Source of the DNA: an uncultured bacterium
GTDB taxonomy: Bacteria > Lernaellota > Lernaellaia > Lernaellales > Lernaellaceae
Reading direction: 5' to 3'
Assembly: GCA_964534375.1 (NCBI GenBank)
Contig: CAZHPN010000198.1
Span: forward strand, 1 to 10,554
Length of the DNA stretch: 10,554 bases
Shown here: in pieces, positions 1-4,014 of the stretch
How the letters are laid out: the number at the start of each line of letters is the position of its first letter
How positions within the stretch are numbered: position 1 is the first letter of the stretch
Made by a program: the position numbers and the translations under genes
The notes under the pieces: generated by a model
Databases searched by the model: none
Told to the model about the DNA's origin: nothing
Seen by the model: only the letters and a program-made list of their open reading frames with translations

Positions 1-13
1 TCGGGGAGGGGCA

Positions 14-41
14 GGAAATTTCGGCGGGCGCCGAAATTTCC
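14..41. repeat. Perfect palindrome GGAAATTTCGGCG-GG-CGCCGAAATTTCC
   Basis: 13-bp perfect arms (14-26, 29-41) with a 2-nt spacer. The 11-bp core arms GAAATTTCGGC/GCCGAAATTTC recur at 3555-3577. Confidence 0.9.
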
Positions 42-120
42 GGGGAGAGGTCTGCACGACCAACAAAGAGCGCAATTCTGCGCCATTTGAAGCATCGCCG
101 CTCTTAATCCTGAAGCCTAT

Positions 121-190
121 GCCCCCCCCGGGGGAGGCCGGCCGCAGGCCGGGTGAGGGCGCTCAGCCCAACCTTCTCCCAGAGGAGACG
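121..190. repeat. Degenerate GC-rich REP-like palindromic unit
   Basis: Hairpin CCGGCC-GCA-GGCCGG (138-152), followed by GGTGAGGG and CCTTCTCCCAGAGGAGACGG. From recall it resembles the ccctctccc..gggagaggg / gggtgaggg intergenic repeat type; not verified. Confidence 0.35.
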
Positions 191-226
191 GATTCTGTTC
201 GGGGCGTTTGCGTGTGCGTCGGAGAA

Positions 227-298
227 ATAGGACCGATAGGTCGAATAGGACGTATAGGTCCTATATGTCGTATACGTCCTATCGATTCTGTCGATTTT
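227..298. repeat. Degenerate, self-complementary 9-bp tandem array (about 8 units)
   Basis: Units: ATAGGACCG ATAGGTCGA ATAGGACGT ATAGGTCCT ATATGTCGT ATACGTCCT ATCGATTCT GTCGATTTT. It contains a perfect 12-bp inverted repeat, ATAGGACGTATA (245-256) / TATACGTCCTAT (271-282). Confidence 0.9.
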
Positions 299-393
299 CT
301 CGGCGATTCCGCGGGAACGACGAATCAACGGGCGAGGCCCCGCGATAGTCGGGCCGCGCGGCGCCGCTGCAGTGAATCTTTTGTCGTCTTGCG

Positions 394-409
394 GCGGCCG
401 CAGGCCGCG
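394..409 (-). repeat. Partial copy of the recurrent REP-like hairpin motif
   Basis: GCGGCCGCAGGCCGCG matches 15/16 to GCGGCCGAAGGCCGCG in the copy at 3636-3663. Confidence 0.55.
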
Positions 410-433
410 TTCGCGCACCTGGGGATTTAACGG

Positions 434-456
434 AAAAAGCCGGGGCTCGCCCGGCT
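434..456 (-). terminator. Putative intrinsic terminator for leftward transcription
   Basis: Stem AGCCGGG (438-444) / CCCGGCT (450-456) with a 5-nt loop. AAAAA at 434-438 reads as a U-tract on the minus strand. Confidence 0.55.
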
Positions 457-486
457 CTCTGTCTGCGCGTTGCTGATTATGGGTGT

Positions 487-515
487 ATTTTGGTCGCCTT
501 TTGCCAAAATGTCAA
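487..515 (-). promoter_or_regulatory. Putative sigma70 promoter, leftward (TTGACA-N17-CAAAAT), with an overlapping inverted repeat
   Basis: The minus strand has a perfect -35 TTGACA (515-510), exactly 17 nt of spacer and a -10 CAAAAT (492-487, 4/6 consensus), in an AT-rich patch. ATTTTGG (487-493) / CCAAAAT (504-510) form an operator-like inverted repeat. Confidence 0.55.
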
Positions 516-570
516 CACTTATTTTTCGACGTCGCGCAAGTGATTGATAATGAACGAATTTATTTTTCGT

Positions 571-591
571 CGTAACGCGACAGAGTCGCAA
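571..591 (+). repeat. Copy of the recurrent REP-like hairpin motif
   Basis: CGTAACGCGACAGAGTCGCAA matches 18/21 to CTTAGCGCGACAGAGCCGCAA, the reverse complement of the copy at 3874-3899. Stem GCGAC-AGA-GTCGC. Confidence 0.7.
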
Positions 592-644
592 TAAGGCAGG
601 GCGGCGCCCCCCACGGCGCCCCGCCCGCCGGGCCGACCTCGGGC

Positions 645-672
645 CTGATAGCTGACCACTGACCACCGACCA
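645..672. repeat. 7-bp tandem array (CTGACCA)x4, degenerate
   Basis: CTGATAG CTGACCA CTGACCA CCGACCA. Confidence 0.8.
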
Positions 673-778
673 CTTTCGGCTGGGCCCGCTTCTTCCCGCC
701 GCAGTTGACGCGCCAGCAGCGGCGGCGTACGGTGCCCCAAACGGGAAAATGAACGACTCGGACGTAGGGGGGATGACT

Positions 779-2035
779 ATGGGCCGGATTCTTCGTTCTG
801 CTTCGTTTGTGTGCCTGGCCGCGGCGCTCGCCGCCCTGTTCGTCGGCTGCGCCGCCGGCAAGGGAACCACCAACAACAATTACTACATCACCGACGACGA
901 CGTTTCGCCGGGCGACGACGATGACGACGACAACGACGCGTCGCCGGGCGACGACGACGACGATGCCTCGCCGGGCGACGACGACGACGACGACGATTCG
1001 GCGCCCGACGACGACGATGACGACAACGACAATGACAGCGCCGACGACGATGACGACAACGACGACAATGACGACAACGACGACAATGACGACAATGACG
1101 ACAACGACGACAATGACGACAACGACGACGACAACGACGACGACGACGACAACGACGACGACAGCGCCGGCTCGTGGACGCCGATGGCGAGCGGCTCGAC
1201 CTGGGATCTGCACGGCGTCTGGGGCAGTTCCGCGACGGACGTGTTCGCCGTGGGCGCCGATCTGCTGCACTACGACGGCGCCTCGTGGTCGACGCTGGCG
1301 AGCGAGCCGCCATGGGATCTCTTCGGCGTCTGGGGAACCTCCGGCTCCGACGTGTTCGCCGTCGGCTACCAGGGCCTGATCATTCACTACGACGGCGCCT
1401 CGTGGACGCCGCTGGCCAGCGGGACGACGGCGCTGCTGTACAACGTCTGGGGCACGTCGCCGGCGAACGCGATCGCCGTGGGCACGAGCTACGACGGCAG
1501 CGGCAACCCGACCGGCGGCGTGATCATGCAGTACAACGGCACGGCCTGGTCGGAAATGTCGACCGGGGCGACCGTGGACTTCGTCGGCGTGTGGGGCAGT
1601 TCCGCCGCCGACGTTTTCGCGGTCGGCGGCTCGATCATGCGCTACAACGGATCAACGTGGTCGACGATGACGAGCGAACCCACCGCCGGACTCTACAGCG
1701 TGTGGGGCAGCTCGCCGTCGAACGTGTTCGCCGTGGGCGACAGCGGCATCATCCTGAATTATCAGAGCGGCTCTTCGTGGACGCCGATGACCAGCGGCAC
1801 GTTGGCGTTGCTGTACGGAGTCTGGGGAACCGGCCCGGCGGACGTGTTCGCCGTGGGCACGATCGCCGACGCGGGCGGCAATCCGATCGGCGACGTGATC
1901 CTCTTCTACAACGGCGCGACGTGGGTCCCGATGAACAGCGGCTCGACGGCGGGGCTGTACGCGGTCTGGGGCAGCGCGCCGCTGGATGTCTTCGCGGTCG
2001 GCGAGGCGGGAACGATTCTGCACTACGGCAACTGA
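779..2035 (+). CDS. Lipoprotein with Asp-rich linker and 7-repeat beta-propeller (WD40/YVTN/BNR-like repeat protein), paralog A, 418 aa
   Basis: ATG 779 follows GGGGGG (767-772). This start puts the lipobox Cys (FVG-C) at residue 24, the same position as in paralog B. A 90-aa Asp tract precedes seven W-x-x-M-x-S...L-x-x-VWGSS-x-x-DVFAVG...I-x-x-Y-x-G repeats (1172-2032). Alternative starts: 749 or 773. Confidence 0.9.
   Translation: MGRILRSASFVCLAAALAALFVGCAAGKGTTNNNYYITDDDVSPGDDDDDDNDASPGDDDDDASPGDDDDDDDSAPDDDDDDNDNDSADDDDDNDDNDDNDDNDDNDDNDDNDDNDDDNDDDDDNDDDSAGSWTPMASGSTWDLHGVWGSSATDVFAVGADLLHYDGASWSTLASEPPWDLFGVWGTSGSDVFAVGYQGLIIHYDGASWTPLASGTTALLYNVWGTSPANAIAVGTSYDGSGNPTGGVIMQYNGTAWSEMSTGATVDFVGVWGSSAADVFAVGGSIMRYNGSTWSTMTSEPTAGLYSVWGSSPSNVFAVGDSGIILNYQSGSSWTPMTSGTLALLYGVWGTGPADVFAVGTIADAGGNPIGDVILFYNGATWVPMNSGSTAGLYAVWGSAPLDVFAVGEAGTILHYGN
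893..1162 (+). repeat. Poly-Asp coding tract (GAC/AAC microsatellite), 60 Asp in 90 codons
   Basis: (D)n-[A/V]SPG units, then eight consecutive GACGACAA(C/T) 9-mers at 1052-1123 encoding (DDN)8. Confidence 0.95.
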
Positions 2036-2055
2036 CGCACGCGGGAGGTGTAAAC

Positions 2056-3186
2056 ATGCGCCGGAATCTTGGATTGGCACTCGCGCTGATCGCGGCCGCG
2101 GCGATCGCGGCCGGGCTCGCCGGCTGCGCCGCCGGCAAGGGCACGACCAACAACAATTACTACATCACCGACGACGACGCCTCGCCGGGCGACGACGACA
2201 ACGATGACGACGCCTCGCCGGCCGACGACGACAATGACGATGACGCCACGCCGGGCGACGACGACGACAACGATAATGACAACGACAATGACAACGACGA
2301 TATTGACGACGACAGCGCCGATTCGTGGTCGGCGATGACCAGCGGCACGCCGTGGGATTTGCACGGCGTCTGGGGCAGCTCGGCGACGGACGTGTTCGCC
2401 GTGGGCTCCAACGTGCTGCACTACGACGGCGCCTCGTGGGCGACGACGGTCAGCCAACCGCCGGCGGAGTTGTTCGGCCTCTGGGGCAGTTCCGGCTCGG
2501 ATGTCTTCGCCGTCGGCTTCAACGGCTCGATCCTGCATTACGACGGCGCGTCGTGGACGCCGATGACCAGCGGCACGACCGCGCTGCTGTACGCCGTCTG
2601 GGGCGCGTCGGGCGCGAACGTGTTCGCCGCGGGCACGCAATACGACGCCGGGGGAAATCCGCTCGCCGGCGTGATCGTGAATTACGACGGCGCGGTCTGG
2701 TCGCCGATGAAGACGGAGCCGACCGCGGAATTTGTCGGCGTTTGGGGCGACTCCGCCGCCGACGTATTCGCGGTCGGCGGCTCGATCATGCGCTACAACG
2801 GATCGACGTGGTCGACGATGACGAGCGAACCCACCGCCGGACTCTACAGCGTGTGGGGCAGTTCGGCCGCGGACGTGTTCGCGGTGGGCGCCGGCGGCTA
2901 TATTCTGAATTACCGCGGCGGCTCCTCCTGGACGGCGATGACCAGCGGCACGTCGGCGTTGTTGTATGGCGTCTGGGGCGGCGGCCCGACCGATGTGTTC
3001 GCCGTCGGCACGACCTTCGGCGCGGGCGGAAGTCCGGCCGGCGACGTCATCCTGTTCTATAACGGCTCCGCTTGGTCGCCGATGACGAGCGGCTCGACGG
3101 CCGGGCTCTACGGCCTCTGGGGCAGTTCGGCCACGGATGTGTTCGCGGTCGGCGAGGCGGGAACGATTCTGCATTACGGGCCGTGA
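2056..3186 (+). CDS. Lipoprotein with Asp-rich linker and 7-repeat beta-propeller, paralog B, 376 aa
   Basis: Strong RBS GGAGGT (2044-2049) before ATG 2056, 20 nt after the stop of paralog A. Canonical lipobox LAG-C24, a 48-aa Asp tract and seven repeats collinear with paralog A (2323-3183). The track's 1174 start is a shadow extension. Confidence 0.93.
   Translation: MRRNLGLALALIAAAAIAAGLAGCAAGKGTTNNNYYITDDDASPGDDDNDDDASPADDDNDDDATPGDDDDNDNDNDNDNDDIDDDSADSWSAMTSGTPWDLHGVWGSSATDVFAVGSNVLHYDGASWATTVSQPPAELFGLWGSSGSDVFAVGFNGSILHYDGASWTPMTSGTTALLYAVWGASGANVFAAGTQYDAGGNPLAGVIVNYDGAVWSPMKTEPTAEFVGVWGDSAADVFAVGGSIMRYNGSTWSTMTSEPTAGLYSVWGSSAADVFAVGAGGYILNYRGGSSWTAMTSGTSALLYGVWGGGPTDVFAVGTTFGAGGSPAGDVILFYNGSAWSPMTSGSTAGLYGLWGSSATDVFAVGEAGTILHYGP
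2170..2313 (+). repeat. Poly-Asp coding tract, 28 Asp in 48 codons
   Basis: About three 33-bp units encoding DDDA[S/T]P[G/A]DDDN, followed by (DN)n. Confidence 0.93.
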
Positions 3187-3202
3187 AGTTGATGAGCGTT
3201 TG

Positions 3203-3243
3203 CACCACCGAGCCTTAGCGCAGCCCTTCGGGCCGCAACCAAA
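3203..3243 (+). repeat. Full copy of the REP-like hairpin motif with CACCAC-GAGC flank
   Basis: CACCACCGAGCCTTAGCGCAGCCCTTCGGGCCGCAACCAAA; inverted relative to the copies at 3636-3663 and 3874-3910. Confidence 0.88.
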
Positions 3244-3252
3244 CGTTTTTTT

Positions 3253-3364
3253 AGCCGCAGATGTCGCAGCTGACCGCAGACTTCGCACGGGCCACGAAGA
3301 TTCCGATCCGGGCGAGAGCCATTGGCGGCCCGTGCGTCTGCGTAAATCTGCGCAATCTGCGGCT
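3253..3364. repeat. 112-nt hairpin cassette 1 with (CGCAGAT)-type ~9-bp-period arms
   Basis: Arms 3253-3281 / 3336-3364 are 23/29 complementary, with the outer 10 bp perfect (AGCCGCAGAT/ATCTGCGGCT). Inner stem GCACGGGCC (3285-3293) / GGCCCGTGC (3327-3335). Confidence 0.88.
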
Positions 3365-3508
3365 GCCCGGAGAATCTTTGCGCGAAAACAAGAAATCGCC
3401 GGTTAGTAGTACAGAGAACGCCGAGAGATCATAAGAAAATTTCCTGCTCTGTACTACTATCCGCGAATTTCTTCGCTCGGCGCGAAGAATTTGGAAAGTT
3501 GAATACAA

Positions 3509-3621
3509 CCGCAGATTACGCCGATGAACGCAGATTAGCGTGGCGGGCCGGGGCGAAATTTCGGCCGCCGAAATTTCGATTTCCCGGCCCGCAAATCTGC
3601 GCCAATCTGCGCAATCTGCGG
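3509..3621. repeat. 113-nt hairpin cassette 2 with (CGCAGAT)-type arms and a palindromic core
   Basis: Arms 3509-3536 / 3594-3621 are 23/28 complementary. Inner stems: GCGGGCCGGG (3543-3552) / CCCGGCCCGC (3583-3592) and CGAAATTTCGGC-C-GCCGAAATTTCG (3554-3578). Confidence 0.9.
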
Positions 3622-3635
3622 CTAAAGAAAAATCA

Positions 3636-3663
3636 TTTGGTTGCGGCCGAAGGCCGCGCTAAG
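3636..3663 (-). repeat. Full copy of the REP-like hairpin motif
   Basis: TTTGGTTGCGGCCGAAGGCCGCGCTAAG, reverse complement CTTAGCGCGGCCTTCGGCCGCAACCAAA; near-identical to 3214-3243. Confidence 0.88.
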
Positions 3664-3729
3664 TCCTCTGTACTGCTAACGGTTCGTTTCTTGTTCTTGC
3701 GCTACGAATTTCATTGCGCCGTTGTCGCG

Positions 3730-3774
3730 CCTGGGAATAATGGGACTCATGTGACCAATGGGACTCATGGGATT
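3730..3774. repeat. 9-bp tandem array (5 units; 18-bp higher-order period)
   Basis: CCTGGGAAT AATGGGACT CATGTGACC AATGGGACT CATGGGATT. Confidence 0.85.
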
Positions 3775-3836
3775 ATCAGCGCCGTGCCCGTTCGCCAACC
3801 GGGCGCAATGAAACCACGCAGGCCCCGCGCCGGTTC

Positions 3837-3874
3837 ATTCCGCAATCCGCAATCCGCAATCCGCAATCCGAAAT
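3837..3874. repeat. 7-bp tandem array (AATCCGC)x5
   Basis: ATTCCGC AATCCGC AATCCGC AATCCGC AATCCGA AAT, directly abutting the hairpin motif at 3874. Confidence 0.93.
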
Positions 3875-3910
3875 TTGGTTGCGGCTCTGTCGCGCTAAGG
3901 CTCTGTGGTG
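3874..3910 (-). repeat. Full copy of the REP-like hairpin motif with CTCTGTGGTG flank
   Basis: The reverse complement CACCACAGAGCCTTAGCGCGACAGAGCCGCAACCAAA shares CACCAC-GAGCCTTAGCGC and GCCGCAACCAAA with 3203-3243. Confidence 0.88.
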
Positions 3911-4014
3911 AGCCTTTCATTTCCTGTCGAACAATCATCCTTCCTTCGCGCCGCGGCTGGAAACGCCGCCCACGATCTGGTAGCCTTTCCTTCCATTTTT
4001 CGACGAGGCGCGGC

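Larger units (their letters stand above)
3380..3702. repeat. 40-bp imperfect inverted repeat pair (3380-3419 / 3663-3702) plus an internal third partial copy (3447-3459)
   Basis: GCGCGAAAACAAGAAATCGCCGGTTAGTAGTACAGAGAAC versus the reverse complement GCGCAAGAACAAGAAACGAACCGTTAGCAGTACAGAGGAC, 31/40 identical. TAGTAGTACAGAG (3404-3416) also pairs perfectly with CTCTGTACTACTA (3447-3459). Confidence 0.82.

Noticed and set aside
104..430. Short ORFs 104-418 (-) and 119-430 (+)
   Set aside because: Their periodic peptides (IGRIGRIGP, TYTTYRTY) simply translate the 9-bp array; no RBS or family motif.
560..1387. Poly-Val, poly-Ser, poly-Thr and Arg/Cys ORFs over the Asp tract
   Set aside because: These are alternative-frame and antisense readings of the GAC/AAC microsatellite.
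1174..2055. N-terminal extension of paralog B (670-aa ORF) or a frameshift fusion with paralog A
   Set aside because: It is an Arg-rich off-frame shadow of paralog A. Paralog B has its own RBS, ATG and signal peptide at 2056.
1601..2861. Diversity-generating retroelement TR/VR pair
   Set aside because: Both copies lie within paralogous CDSs, the two mismatches are synonymous and are not both adenines of one copy, and no reverse transcriptase is in the window.
3203..3910. CRISPR array
   Set aside because: The repeated hairpin motif occurs in both orientations at irregular distances, without uniform spacers, and no cas genes are present.
3499..4014. 172-codon N-terminal extension of the Omp85-like ORF
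   Set aside because: It translates repeat DNA (NPQSAIRNPK, NLRNLR). A signal peptide and RBS appear only at GTG 4015.
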